A stretch of 64,000 nt of DNA from Sedimentisphaerales bacterium. GTDB taxonomy: Bacteria; Planctomycetota; Phycisphaerae; Sedimentisphaerales; Anaerobacaceae. Made by a program: the position numbers and the translations under genes. Below the pieces are notes generated by a model that ran no database searches, was not told the DNA's origin, and was given only the letters and a program-made list of their open reading frames with translations. The stretch's first letter is position 1. Each line of letters starts with the position of its first letter. Positions 1 through 9,482 of this stretch are shown piece after piece. Location: positions 128,001 through 192,000 of the forward strand of contig JAXGYC010000010.1 of the NCBI GenBank assembly GCA_040772485.1, in the 5' to 3' direction.

Positions 1-1
1 C

Positions 2-328
2 CCCACGGCCATCCCTATCGCCTTCGCCCTCGACGGGAACTCGTACGGACTGACGACAATGGTCAGCCTCGGCGCCGTTCTGGACGGCGCTATCTTCGGA
101 GACCATTGCTCCCCGATCTCCGACACCACGATCATCAGCTCGGTGGCCAGCTCTTGCGACCTCATCCAGCACGTCCGCACGCAGTTGCCCTACAGCCTCG
201 TCGTCGCCGCGATCGCTCTATCCGGTGCGTATATCCCCTGTAGCCTGGGGTTGGCGTCGATCTGGGGTCTGGCGCTGGGCGCGGTGGCCGTCCTGGCCGT
301 GCTGCTGCTCGTGGGCCGGCGGCTCTGA
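2..328 (+). CDS. Na+/H+ antiporter NhaC-family membrane protein, C-terminal part (truncated by window start)
   Basis: Frame open from position 2; hallmark GAIFGDHCSPISDTTIISS...HVRTQLPY motif followed by hydrophobic helices. Confidence 0.85.
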   Translation, partial: PTAIPIAFALDGNSYGLTTMVSLGAVLDGAIFGDHCSPISDTTIISSVASSCDLIQHVRTQLPYSLVVAAIALSGAYIPCSLGLASIWGLALGAVAVLAVLLLVGRRL

Positions 329-331
329 GCG

Positions 332-2056
332 CTATCGCGCCGGGCGAACAGGTGGCACGTAGGCAGGAGCCTCTTTCGGGTAGAACTCGCGACCGAATAC
401 GCCCGCCACGGCGTCGTTGAGATACTGAAGAGAGAAGTAAACGTTGCCGTGCGCCCCCTGCCGCTGGCAGAGCCGGTGCTGCTCGCGGATCAAGCCGAAG
501 TCCCGCGTGACGGTCCGACCGTCTTGCGTGTCGTAGATAGACAAGCCTGGAATGATCCGGGTCAGGTGCGGATCGATCCGCTTCCACTGGGCAATCTCCT
601 GGCCCAACGTGTGCGTGTCGGCGGCGTGCGCCATCGGAACGACGTAATCGATGGTCCCCTCCCTGAGCCAGCGGGGCCAGTCCTGGTAGGCCTTCTGGGC
701 TGACTCAATGGAGCTGAAGACCGCGGCGGTGACCTGGGCCTTGGGCCTGGTCGCCTTGGCGCGACGATAGACGTCGCGGACCAGCTCGGTGACGCCCTGC
801 ATGCGGAACTGGGCCCACTTCTCGGCCCGGGCCTTCTCCTTCTTGAGGTCGATGCGGTGTTCGCCTCGCGGCACCAGCGGGCTGCGGCCGGCGGACCGGA
901 TGACCTCGTCGCGGTGCACGTAGCGGCCGGGCTTGGCGAAGCCCGTGATCCGGCGCATGGCCGGCAAGTGCATCGACTTGACGGGACCGTCCAGCATCAG
1001 CACCTGTCCGCCTCGCTTGACGAACGCTTCGATGTCTTCTGCTGCCTTCTCCTCGATGATGTAAACCGCCGGCAGCACCAGCACGCTGCCGGCCGACAGC
1101 GTCGCGACGCGGCCGACGTCGATCGTGGCGGGCCTGTGGCCAAGCCGCGTCAGGGCGGTCCTCGCGGCGTCCAGCGAACTCGTCCCGTACTCGGCCTTCG
1201 TCGCGTCGGTCGTAGCGAGGCAGACCTTCCCGCCGCCCGTCGTCCAGACGCCCAGCGTCAGGCGAACCGTCTCGGAGACTGCCGGCGGCATTTCGTTCTC
1301 CGCATGCCAGTTAAGCAGCAGCACGCTGCCGGCCCCCAGCTTGTTCAGGGCGATGGCAGGCGAGCCGTCGGAGAACTCCGCCAGGACCGCCGCCGTCGTC
1401 GGCGACGCCAGCAGGTTCGCGGACATGCCCGCCACGACCGTGGGGAACGTCGTACGCCTGGCCCCTGTCATCGGCTCGAAGCCATATCGTTTGGCGAACT
1501 CGTTCTGGCAGTGGTCGCAGTAGCACTGCTTGGGGCCGTAGCGGATGTAGTCGAAATGGAGCCCGTCGAGATCGTACTTCCTGAGGCACTCGATCATCAG
1601 ATCGCTCTGGAACCGCCGGACCTCGGGCTTGCCGAAATCGTACCACAGGCTTCCGCCCGCCCCTTCGTCGACCGCCCAGTCGGGATGCTCGTCGAGGACG
1701 TGCCGGGGCTGCGCGGCGCCGTAGGCGCCGTTGACGAACCAGGCGTGGACCTGGATCCCGCGCTTGTGACACTGCTTGACCATGTGGCCCAGCGGGTCGT
1801 AGCCCGCCTGGACGCCATCACCCATCGGACACAGCTCGCTCTCGAAGAACGCCTGGCCGCCCCAGTACCACACGAGAAGGAAGACCGCGTTGAGGTTGGC
1901 CTTGTCGATCCTCGCGACCAGCGCATCGGCCTCGCCCGGCGTCTTGATCTGCGTCGCGTGCATCCAGATCCCGCGCAACTCAGGACCCGGCGCAGCGCCG
2001 GCCGTCGCCGACAGCCCCATCGACAACAGCATCGCCCATCGCAGCAGTCGGCGCAT
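332..2056 (-). CDS. Secreted GHL10 (DUF187/YddW-like) glycoside hydrolase with an inserted domain
   Basis: Signal peptide MRRLLRWAMLL..AGA; ELRGIW, YDPL..CHKRGIQVHAW, YDLDGLHFDYIRY, YQDWPRW..IDYVVPM motifs; ATG at 2056 with AGGGAAGGGA SD. Confidence 0.85.
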   Translation of the reverse strand: MRRLLRWAMLLSMGLSATAGAAPGPELRGIWMHATQIKTPGEADALVARIDKANLNAVFLLVWYWGGQAFFESELCPMGDGVQAGYDPLGHMVKQCHKRGIQVHAWFVNGAYGAAQPRHVLDEHPDWAVDEGAGGSLWYDFGKPEVRRFQSDLMIECLRKYDLDGLHFDYIRYGPKQCYCDHCQNEFAKRYGFEPMTGARRTTFPTVVAGMSANLLASPTTAAVLAEFSDGSPAIALNKLGAGSVLLLNWHAENEMPPAVSETVRLTLGVWTTGGGKVCLATTDATKAEYGTSSLDAARTALTRLGHRPATIDVGRVATLSAGSVLVLPAVYIIEEKAAEDIEAFVKRGGQVLMLDGPVKSMHLPAMRRITGFAKPGRYVHRDEVIRSAGRSPLVPRGEHRIDLKKEKARAEKWAQFRMQGVTELVRDVYRRAKATRPKAQVTAAVFSSIESAQKAYQDWPRWLREGTIDYVVPMAHAADTHTLGQEIAQWKRIDPHLTRIIPGLSIYDTQDGRTVTRDFGLIREQHRLCQRQGAHGNVYFSLQYLNDAVAGVFGREFYPKEAPAYVPPVRPAR

Positions 2057-2177
2057 GTCGCAGTTCCCTTCCCTTGGCATTCGCATCAATCCACAAGACC
2101 CCGGCCCGAACCCCACTGCCCCCTCTTTCGACCACACCCGGTCCCTTTCTTGAGCGAAACAGTCATTCGGTCGCCGT

Positions 2178-2221
2178 CCCATTCGACAAGCTCAGAGCCT
2201 GCCCAAGCAGCATTGAACGGG
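2178..2221. repeat. Degenerate REP-like palindrome of the 'cccttcgacaagctcag' type
   Basis: CCCATTCGACAAGCTCAG...TTGAACGGG imperfect inverted repeat in an intergenic gap. Confidence 0.45.
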
Positions 2222-2241
2222 CCACGTTCCTCTCCCTGGTG

Positions 2242-3459
2242 TCACTCGGCTACCTTGAAGACAAACCGTCTCGGATTGTTCTGCTGGCCCCAGTCAATGG
2301 CGGGGGCACGACAGGTGAGAGAGAATCCCTCATCGGTCACGCGGTATTCGAAGTCTTGGCCGCTGTAAGGGTCCTTCGGCAAGCCGGCAGGAAGCCCCTG
2401 CGGCAATTCGCCGGTTGTCGCCCTGATGCGATAGATCGGAATCGCCGCCTGGACGGCGTGGGCGAGAGCCAACTCATTGACGTGCAGCCGGTAATAGGGT
2501 TCCACGAGCCCAACGGCGGCTGCCACGAGAATGATGGCATCGCCCGCCTCCATGTCCGCAACGAGTTCCTCCTTGAGCTGCACGATCTGCTTGTGCTTGC
2601 CGTGATAGGATTCGTCGCTTTCGAGTACCGCAATGACCGAATCAACGAACCGCTTGTAGACCTGCCGCACATGGTCAAATACCTGTTCGGGCGCGGTTGC
2701 ACTTTCGATCAGCTTCTCGGCAGTGTCACCTTCCCGCATTCGATAGGTTTCAAGCTCTATACGGAGGGCTTGTCTCCAGTCAGAGTGCAGGGCCATCGAT
2801 GCCTGTAGCGAGGCAACCTGCATATCGTACCACTTCGTCAGTGTCTCGCTGGGCTGCCACTGCCGATCTTCGGCCAGTTCAGACTCCAGCGATTTGAGCC
2901 GATCCGTGTCCAGCGGCATCCTGCAGAGAAGATACCGGGCCACTCCGAAAGTTTCATTGTCCACCGTGAGAGATGAGACCCACCTGAAATACGTATCGTC
3001 TCCGATGTGGCGGCCAAGCCGACGCAGCGCTGCAATGGTCTCTAAGGCCTCAGAGTACTGACCGTTTGTCGCAAGTATCGTCGCCTGGGCCGCGAGAACA
3101 CGGCCGAGCGACTCCGGGCCATGGCCCAGCGCTTCATCCGGATTCCAGCGCCCCGAGACCCACAATCCCCAGTCGCACTCGCGTATGCGAGTCCCCGCCA
3201 TGGTCAGATCGATCACGAGGCGATACTCGTTCCCGCTGAGAAGCTTCGTCTCCTCTGCAAGGTGGTTCTCGTCGTGTGCTCTGGCCAGGCCCCAGGGCAG
3301 GGGCAACCCCGACCGCGCCAGACATGCCTGGTAATACAGCAGTGCTGCGTTGTCAGGAGTGCTGGGTGAGGCAAGCACTTCACCACACGAACCGCACAGG
3401 ACCAGAGCCCCAACGACGCACACCATGATCTTGATTCTGCGGTTGCTGGCTGACCTCAT
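2242..3459 (-). CDS. Secreted hypothetical protein (DNAALLYYQA ... LPKDPYSG type, GspG-like C-terminal motif)
   Basis: ATG 3459 with AGGAG SD; N-terminal hydrophobic signal; C-terminal AIPIYRIRATTGELP..LPKDPYSGQDFEY resembles pseudopilin GspG C-terminus. Confidence 0.7.
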   Translation of the reverse strand: MRSASNRRIKIMVCVVGALVLCGSCGEVLASPSTPDNAALLYYQACLARSGLPLPWGLARAHDENHLAEETKLLSGNEYRLVIDLTMAGTRIRECDWGLWVSGRWNPDEALGHGPESLGRVLAAQATILATNGQYSEALETIAALRRLGRHIGDDTYFRWVSSLTVDNETFGVARYLLCRMPLDTDRLKSLESELAEDRQWQPSETLTKWYDMQVASLQASMALHSDWRQALRIELETYRMREGDTAEKLIESATAPEQVFDHVRQVYKRFVDSVIAVLESDESYHGKHKQIVQLKEELVADMEAGDAIILVAAAVGLVEPYYRLHVNELALAHAVQAAIPIYRIRATTGELPQGLPAGLPKDPYSGQDFEYRVTDEGFSLTCRAPAIDWGQQNNPRRFVFKVAE

Positions 3460-3703
3460 ACCTGTCTCCTCTCTCGTCAGGATCTTCGTATCTCGAAACA
3501 CGCTGTCTGTTGCCGAGTCGTGTGGGATGCGCCCGGGCCCACGAACTATCCGCGCGAACCACTCGGCGTCGCCACGGGGCGTCGTGACAATGGGGCGAAC
3601 TGTGGAAACGTGTCGGCGCATTGGCTTCCCTTCGCACATTTGCGATACACGCTACAGGGAAGCCCCGGCGGCGTCAAGGGCAGTCCTCGCCGAGCGGCGG
3701 GGA

Positions 3704-4465
3704 TCAGTTCTTTTCGAGGGGGTCGTACCAGCGTTTGGGGACTTCCTCGCCGTTGTTCTCGTTCATGCTGGTGACGTGGCCGTCGAGCCAGAGGATGTTG
3801 AGGGTGCCGCCGGTCTCGAAGTTCCCCGACCGTCGGATGTTGTGCCGGAAGATGCCGCGGTACCAGTTGTCGCGCCCACCGCCTTGCCGATAATGCGTCA
3901 GGTTGACGCCCCCGGGGTTGGCATAGAGCATGTCTGCCGTGGAATTCTCGATCCGCGGCTCCATGTGGTCGTGGGCCATGATGACCTCGGAGTGCCGGGG
4001 GATGCGGATCGTGTTCTCCTTGGTCAGCCAGCCGTTGCCGGCATAGGCCGAGGTGTAGATCAGCTTGTGGTCCCCGCCGTACAGCAGGTCTTTCGCCAGC
4101 GTCTCGCAAAAATTGCGGAACGCCGCACAGCCGAAAACCTCACGCTCTTTGGTGTACTCGTAGAAAGCGATCCCCCAATACGCCATATCGGCCCCGGCCT
4201 TGAGGGGATTGCCGGCGGCGTCCCACCACAGGTGCCCGTTCGTGTTGCCGGTGTGCGTGTGAAAATCGGGCATCTTGAACTCGTTGTCCTGGAGGTACAT
4301 CATGATGCCCAGGCCGACCCCCTTGAGGTTGGCCCGGCAGGCCTGGTCGCGGGCCTGGTCCTTGACCCGGGCCAGCGCGGGCATGAGAATGGCCATGAGA
4401 ACAGCAATGATCGAGATGACAACCAGCAGCTCAATGAGGGTGAAGGCTCGTGGGGTGCGCGTCAT
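3704..4465 (-). CDS. Prepilin-type N-terminal cleavage/methylation protein with H-X9-DG-like C-terminal motif
   Basis: AFTLIELLVVISIIAVLMAILMPAL; CRANLK; C-terminal RH...NILWLDGHV; GAGGAG SD. Confidence 0.92.
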   Translation of the reverse strand: MTRTPRAFTLIELLVVISIIAVLMAILMPALARVKDQARDQACRANLKGVGLGIMMYLQDNEFKMPDFHTHTGNTNGHLWWDAAGNPLKAGADMAYWGIAFYEYTKEREVFGCAAFRNFCETLAKDLLYGGDHKLIYTSAYAGNGWLTKENTIRIPRHSEVIMAHDHMEPRIENSTADMLYANPGGVNLTHYRQGGGRDNWYRGIFRHNIRRSGNFETGGTLNILWLDGHVTSMNENNGEEVPKRWYDPLEKN

Positions 4466-4563
4466 GATGTCGGATTCTCCTCAACGGAGGCCATCCGCAT
4501 CCTGACAGACAGCCATCCACATCAATGATAGTATTCCCCATCCCAGCCGCGTTGACACCCCCC

Positions 4564-4592
4564 ATAATACACCAAGCGGCCTGCTCCGGCAA
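4564..4592 (-). promoter_or_regulatory. Putative sigma70 promoter of the prepilin gene
   Basis: Minus strand TTGCCG-17bp-TATTAT. Confidence 0.45.
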
Positions 4593-4651
4593 GCCGCTTG
4601 GCGAAAAGATCGAATTTCAGCCGAAATCGTTCGGCAGGCTGCCGACGAGAA

Positions 4652-7387
4652 CTACTTGCGGTCCTCCTCAGTCTGAGACGCGTTCTTGCCCTGCCACAGG
4701 CCCGCCGGCCGCACCTCGACCGAGTCCACGTAGATCTTCAGGGTGTGTCCCTTGATCGCCGTGTCGAGCAGGAGGTCCTGCTGCCGGCGACTCCACTGGA
4801 ACGGTCCATCCATCTGGACGTCCACGCGATCGGGATACGCCGAGTCGTCGATCGTCGCGGCACCGTCCAGCTCGAACTCGGTGGCGACACCGGTCAGGTT
4901 CACGTCGAACTTGCCCCCATCTACAACTCCCGAACCCATGATTCGATACGTGTCGTCATCCGAGGCCTCTTCCGCGCCGGCAGCCGTCGGGAACGACATG
5001 CTCCTGGACTCGATCGCGTACTGGCCTCTCGGCGCCAGAGCATCGAAGAACCCGTTGAGCGACAGCGCCACCGGCAGATCGACCACTCCCGCGCCGGCGA
5101 GGGTAACGGTGGTGGCGTGCTCGACGAATTGGCTTTCGATGTGGAACTCGGTCATTTCGGCCGTCATCGCCTCGAAGTCCACGGTCAATTGCATACGTCC
5201 GGCCGCCGGCGTGAATGCGATGGTCGCGTTGTCCAGACGGGCCTCCTGGCCATCAACGTAAGCCTTCAACTGGACGATGAAGGAAGCAGCGTCGCTTCCG
5301 CCGGTCAGCGCGTAGACCGTAGCGGAGTCGGATGGCGTCGGTGTCTCCGGGTCCTCGGTTTCGCCCGGCTCGTTGAAGGCATACCAGACCACGCCTTCGA
5401 AGGCCCACATGGCAGTGTTGGCGCGGTACTGCTCCTTCTCGGTCTCGTCGATGGTGTAGAAGTGACCGCCGAGCCGATCCGACCAGAAGCGATACACCGG
5501 CTTGGTCCCTTGCGGCTGGCTGCCCTCGGGGTACGCGTAGAACGCGATGCCTTCGAACGCCCACACATCCGAGGTGTACTGCGTCAGGAGGCGATTCTTC
5601 TCACTCTCGCTGATGGTGTAGAGATGGCTGGAGAGCTTCGCCGACCAGAATCGATAGACCGGCTTGAGTGTGGCGACCACGGCGCTGCGGTAGACGTAGT
5701 ATGCCGTGCCTTCGAACTGCCACGGACCGGAGGTCTGGCCGATCAGGTTGTCTTTCTCGCTTTCGCTGGCCGTGTACAGGTACTTGTTGGTCTGGCGCGA
5801 ACGGAACCGATAGACGGGCACGAGGTTCTGGGACTCGTGGGCGCCCATATCCGCCGCCGCATCGGCGACGCGAGTCCTTCCATCGAGATCGGTCTCACCG
5901 GCGATGGACGCGTACTCGGGATCGGCCGCGTCGATACAGGGCGAGGCATCCGACAGATGGTAGTCGCCGCTGACCCAGACCGCATCGGGATCGTCAGCCC
6001 CGGCGGCCACTTCCGGATCGCGCGGGTCGGCCCAGTACCCCGCCTCAGCGAAGTGCGGATCGGCGGAGATGTTGCTGCGGCTATCGAGACACGTGTTGTC
6101 TTCGATGTCGCAATAGAGCACATTGGCACAGTCCTGGCCGGCGATCTGGTCCGAGACGTTGTCCCACAGAATCGAGTTGGTGACAACTGTCTGCGCGGTA
6201 CAGGCCACGCCCCCGCCGGAACCCGATGCCACGGTCTTGCCGTCGACGATTTGCCCGAACGCGGCGTTGCCGACGATGGTGCAGAAGTCGATGACGCCGG
6301 AGGAGCAGTAGACGCCCCCGCCACGACCGGCCAGCGCGGCAACCGCCGAATCGTCGCCGTTGGCCAATCCCGCGCGGTTGCCGGCGATCAGACTGCTTCG
6401 CATGTCCAGCGAATCCTGGCAAAACAGGCCGCCCCCGTGACCACCCAAGCCGCCCAAGCCCTTGGTTCCGATGGTGCTGTCTCCGCCGGTCCCGGCCCGG
6501 TTGGCCTCGATGACGGTCGCGGCAATCGTGGCACGCGAGCAATAGATGCCCGCGCCGTGGCCGCCCTGGCCGCCCTGAGACCCGCTGCCGCCCCGGCCGC
6601 AGGAGTTGTCGGCGATCGTGGAATCCGTCACCAGGAGCGAATCGCTGTGGATGCCGGCGCCATCGCCGCCGCGTCCGGCAAGCACCTCGGAATTGCCTCC
6701 GGCGCCGGTTGCGTTCTCCGAAATGGTCGAATCGGACACGGACAAGAGCGAGCTGACGGAGTAAATGCCCGCGCCGTCACCACCGGCGCCGGCCAACGTG
6801 TCTCTCGAATCGGCGCCGGAACCCGTGGCATTGCCGCTGACCAGACACGCCACAACCTCGACGGTGGAAGCCTCGCAGTAGACGCCGCCGCCGGCCCCGC
6901 CGTCGGCCTGGCCTTTTTCCGAACCGGCCAGAGTGCCGTTGCCGACGATGCGGCAGTGCTCCAATGCCAGCGTGCTGTTCTGACAGTAGATCGCCCCACC
7001 GGCCGAAGCAAGCCCATTGGTGATCGTCAGACCGGCGATTTCACCTGCGAAATCGACCGCGTAGAAGCCGCGATGGGGATCGGACTCCGCGCCGGCACAA
7101 TCAATGATCGTCGCTTCGACGACCGCCGGGTCTTCGGGGTCGGTGCTCTGAATCCGGATGGCCTTGCGTTGCAGACTGATGTCCTGGTTGCCCCGGCCGG
7201 TATACGTGCCGGGCTGGATGATGACAACGTCACCGTCGGCACAGGCGTCGACCGCCGCCTGAATGTTCGAGAAGCCGGTCTTGCCGGTACCGTCCACATA
7301 GACCGTGGCGGCAGACAACGGACCGGAAACACTCACCAGACACGCCAGCACAACCAGTACAGACATACCACGGGGTCGGCAATACAT
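4652..7387 (-). CDS. Secreted right-handed beta-helix (pectin-lyase-fold/PMP-like) protein with three DUF5648-like repeats
   Basis: Signal peptide; IQAAVD..GDVVIIQPGTY; repeated GGG(V/I)YC with Gly-rich turns; DYHL..SPCIDA..DMGAHE; three PVYRF(W/R)S..YT..E.EK repeats; AAGGAGG SD. Confidence 0.85.
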   Translation of the reverse strand: MYCRPRGMSVLVVLACLVSVSGPLSAATVYVDGTGKTGFSNIQAAVDACADGDVVIIQPGTYTGRGNQDISLQRKAIRIQSTDPEDPAVVEATIIDCAGAESDPHRGFYAVDFAGEIAGLTITNGLASAGGAIYCQNSTLALEHCRIVGNGTLAGSEKGQADGGAGGGVYCEASTVEVVACLVSGNATGSGADSRDTLAGAGGDGAGIYSVSSLLSVSDSTISENATGAGGNSEVLAGRGGDGAGIHSDSLLVTDSTIADNSCGRGGSGSQGGQGGHGAGIYCSRATIAATVIEANRAGTGGDSTIGTKGLGGLGGHGGGLFCQDSLDMRSSLIAGNRAGLANGDDSAVAALAGRGGGVYCSSGVIDFCTIVGNAAFGQIVDGKTVASGSGGGVACTAQTVVTNSILWDNVSDQIAGQDCANVLYCDIEDNTCLDSRSNISADPHFAEAGYWADPRDPEVAAGADDPDAVWVSGDYHLSDASPCIDAADPEYASIAGETDLDGRTRVADAAADMGAHESQNLVPVYRFRSRQTNKYLYTASESEKDNLIGQTSGPWQFEGTAYYVYRSAVVATLKPVYRFWSAKLSSHLYTISESEKNRLLTQYTSDVWAFEGIAFYAYPEGSQPQGTKPVYRFWSDRLGGHFYTIDETEKEQYRANTAMWAFEGVVWYAFNEPGETEDPETPTPSDSATVYALTGGSDAASFIVQLKAYVDGQEARLDNATIAFTPAAGRMQLTVDFEAMTAEMTEFHIESQFVEHATTVTLAGAGVVDLPVALSLNGFFDALAPRGQYAIESRSMSFPTAAGAEEASDDDTYRIMGSGVVDGGKFDVNLTGVATEFELDGAATIDDSAYPDRVDVQMDGPFQWSRRQQDLLLDTAIKGHTLKIYVDSVEVRPAGLWQGKNASQTEEDRK

Positions 7388-7600
7388 GCGTAACCCTCCT
7401 TCGAAAGATGCCCTGAAAGTCGGATGGTCAAAAAACTGAGATTAAGTGCCATCCCGCGTGAAGTTCGTAACGCCGTTTTTTGCGTTTTTCACCCCCAGAA
7501 AGCGGCGTCCCTGCGCACCGGCAGCCCGAACGGCGCCGTCCCCATCTCTGATCCCTGCTCCGGGAAAACAACGGAAGAGACCTTAGCTACCCACCTGGAT

Positions 7601-7629
7601 ATTGTAGCAAATCCATCCTTCTTTGTCCA
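7601..7629 (-). promoter_or_regulatory. Putative sigma70 promoter (extended -10) of the beta-helix gene
   Basis: Minus strand TGGACA-17bp-TACAAT with TGn directly before the -10. Confidence 0.55.
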
Positions 7630-7709
7630 GTTTTTTCGCCTGGAGGCGTCGGCTCCACCATAGGTCCGATAGTCAGCGTTCGACGTATCGGACCTGTGGC
7701 GCGGCGCGA

Positions 7710-8417
7710 TTATCGGTCGTTGGGACCGCTCGAAGACGATGCCAGGGCTTGTTCGAGAATGGGCGCCAAAGCCTTGTTCCAGACGGCATAGCCATGCGCG
7801 TTCAGATGCAGCCGGTCTGCGAGAAAGAAGCTGTCGTCCGGTTTGCCCTCGGAATCGAGCAAGGGCGTCCCCAGGTCGGCGAAGAACAGACGATCGCTCT
7901 TGGCGCAGAGGTTCCGGACGAGATCGTTGGCTTTGTGCATTTCGGGCCAGAGCGCCCAGCGCTGTCCGCTGGGCTTGATCGTCACGAAGATCACGCGCGT
8001 CTGAGGCAATCCGGCGCCGACCCGATCGACGAACTTGGTATAGTCTTCGAGAACGCGCTGCGCCGATTTGCCGCCGGCCACGTCGTTGTCTCCGGCGTAG
8101 AAGACGATCACCTTGGGACGGTACGGAAGAACGATACGGTCAAAGAAGTGTAGGACGTCCGAGATGTGCGAGCCGCCAAAGCCCCGATTGATTACGGGCA
8201 GACTCGCAAAGCCCTCGCGCGTGCGCCACATGCGGATGCTCGAAGAGCCGACGAACAGAACCGGCTCGTCGGGAAACGCGTTCTTGCTGTCCCACAGCTC
8301 GAACGCGTCGATATCCCGGGCGAATCGGTTCGGATCGGGGTCCGGGGCGGGAGCGCTCGTTTGAGCAACGGCGAACATCGACAGGATCGACAACAGCAAC
8401 AAGCCTGCTACAGACAT
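7710..8417 (-). CDS. SGNH/GDSL hydrolase family protein (secreted)
   Basis: FVGSSSIRMW, INRGFGGS, YAGDND, DRLHLN motifs; signal peptide. Confidence 0.9.
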   Translation of the reverse strand: MSVAGLLLLSILSMFAVAQTSAPAPDPDPNRFARDIDAFELWDSKNAFPDEPVLFVGSSSIRMWRTREGFASLPVINRGFGGSHISDVLHFFDRIVLPYRPKVIVFYAGDNDVAGGKSAQRVLEDYTKFVDRVGAGLPQTRVIFVTIKPSGQRWALWPEMHKANDLVRNLCAKSDRLFFADLGTPLLDSEGKPDDSFFLADRLHLNAHGYAVWNKALAPILEQALASSSSGPNDR

Positions 8418-8576
8418 AAACCAGCCCTTTCCACACTTTGGCTCGCGAATCGCGAGAATCGAACCTTTCCTCCCTGTGGATCGTACATACAGGCGAAGGA
8501 GCACGCAAGGGGTATGTCTTCTTTGCGCCGCGATTGGCCGACTCTGTGGGCGGATCCTCCGAAACGTGCGGAGGGC

Positions 8577-8604
8577 TTGACTTTTTTCAACGCCGGGGTA
8601 TATT
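8577..8604 (+). promoter_or_regulatory. Putative sigma70 promoter upstream of the small-ORF/Rnk cluster
   Basis: TTGACT-16bp-TATATT. Confidence 0.55.
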
Positions 8605-8670
8605 GCTCCTGGACAGGTGGCGTTGCGCAGAGAGAAAACCGTGATGCCATGTCAAAGGGAGGTGTCAACC

Positions 8671-8742
8671 ATGCTGAAAAGAACGAACGATCGAGACGGT
8701 CGCCTCCGAATCGGACATACGATCGACTGGTGTTTCTTCTGA
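8671..8742 (+). CDS. Putative 23-aa leader peptide MLKRTNDRDGRLRIGHTIDWCFF
   Basis: Strong SD (GGGAGG, 8657-8662) 8 nt before ATG; first ORF after the promoter. Confidence 0.4.
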   Translation: MLKRTNDRDGRLRIGHTIDWCFF

Positions 8743-8759
8743 CGCTGCGAGGTGCACGA

Positions 8760-8933
8760 ATGAGAACGTACATGGATCATATCCTCACCGCAGTCGGTCT
8801 GGTGTGCAAGCAAAGGCTGAACTGCGTGTATCCGTGCAACCCTGCCGGACCCGCCTTCGATAGCAAGCATCCTCATCTGCCGAGAAACGAAGATCTGCTC
8901 GCAAACCCCTCGTTTGCGGCAGATCGCTCGTAG
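8760..8933 (+). CDS. Putative 57-aa small protein (MRTYMDHILTAVGLVCKQRLNCVYPCNP...)
   Basis: GAGGT SD before ATG 8760; overlaps strong hairpins, so may be non-coding. Confidence 0.3.
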   Translation: MRTYMDHILTAVGLVCKQRLNCVYPCNPAGPAFDSKHPHLPRNEDLLANPSFAADRS

Positions 8934-9104
8934 GGCTCGCATCCCCTCGCACAGGACCGTATCACAGCGCATGAGGGATGCGCATCGGTCTGCCAACGCC
9001 TGAACCGGAGAACACGCACCCTGCATTTCCGGCGGATTGTCCGCGCGCCCATGGCCACAAGGACTTCGCGGAAATGCATCACCGCAGGATGGGAGTGTCG
9101 AGCA

Positions 9105-9389
9105 ATGGCCAAGTGGAAGATTGAACTGAAGGATGTGGGGCCCGGAAGGGCCTGTGAAACCGTGGTGGTGGAAGCGGAGAACCTGGTCAAAGCCAAGGTG
9201 CACGCGATGCGGGCCTGCCGCAGGCACCTGCTCTGTGGCGACATCTACCTCGAGGCCGAGGGCCATTACCGGTACCTCGTCATTGACAACCTGGACGAGG
9301 TCGGCGAGGTCCAGTTGACGTGCCTGGACGCCCACCCGCGCGGCACCCCGTCACCGCGGCAAGTCCAGGAATCCGAATCGCTGACCTGA
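9105..9389 (+). CDS. Hypothetical 94-aa protein (Cys/His containing)
   Basis: GGGAG SD; GC3-rich codons; globular-looking sequence MAKWKIELKDVG... Confidence 0.7.
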   Translation: MAKWKIELKDVGPGRACETVVVEAENLVKAKVHAMRACRRHLLCGDIYLEAEGHYRYLVIDNLDEVGEVQLTCLDAHPRGTPSPRQVQESESLT

Positions 9390-9482
9390 CGCGAAGAACC
9401 GCGCATCGCATCACAGACGATATCACGACTATGACAACGTGCGCCTCCGCCAACAAGCGGAGACGCCCAGCAAGGAGATACC

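Noticed and set aside
4598..7393. 931-aa + strand ORF
   Set aside because: Antisense shadow of the beta-helix gene; no recognisable motifs; typical high-GC artefact
7390..7600. Possible c-di-GMP riboswitch or ops/JUMPStart element in the beta-helix leader
   Set aside because: Only fragmentary resemblance (GGGTAGC, GGGCTGCCG); consensus cores are absent
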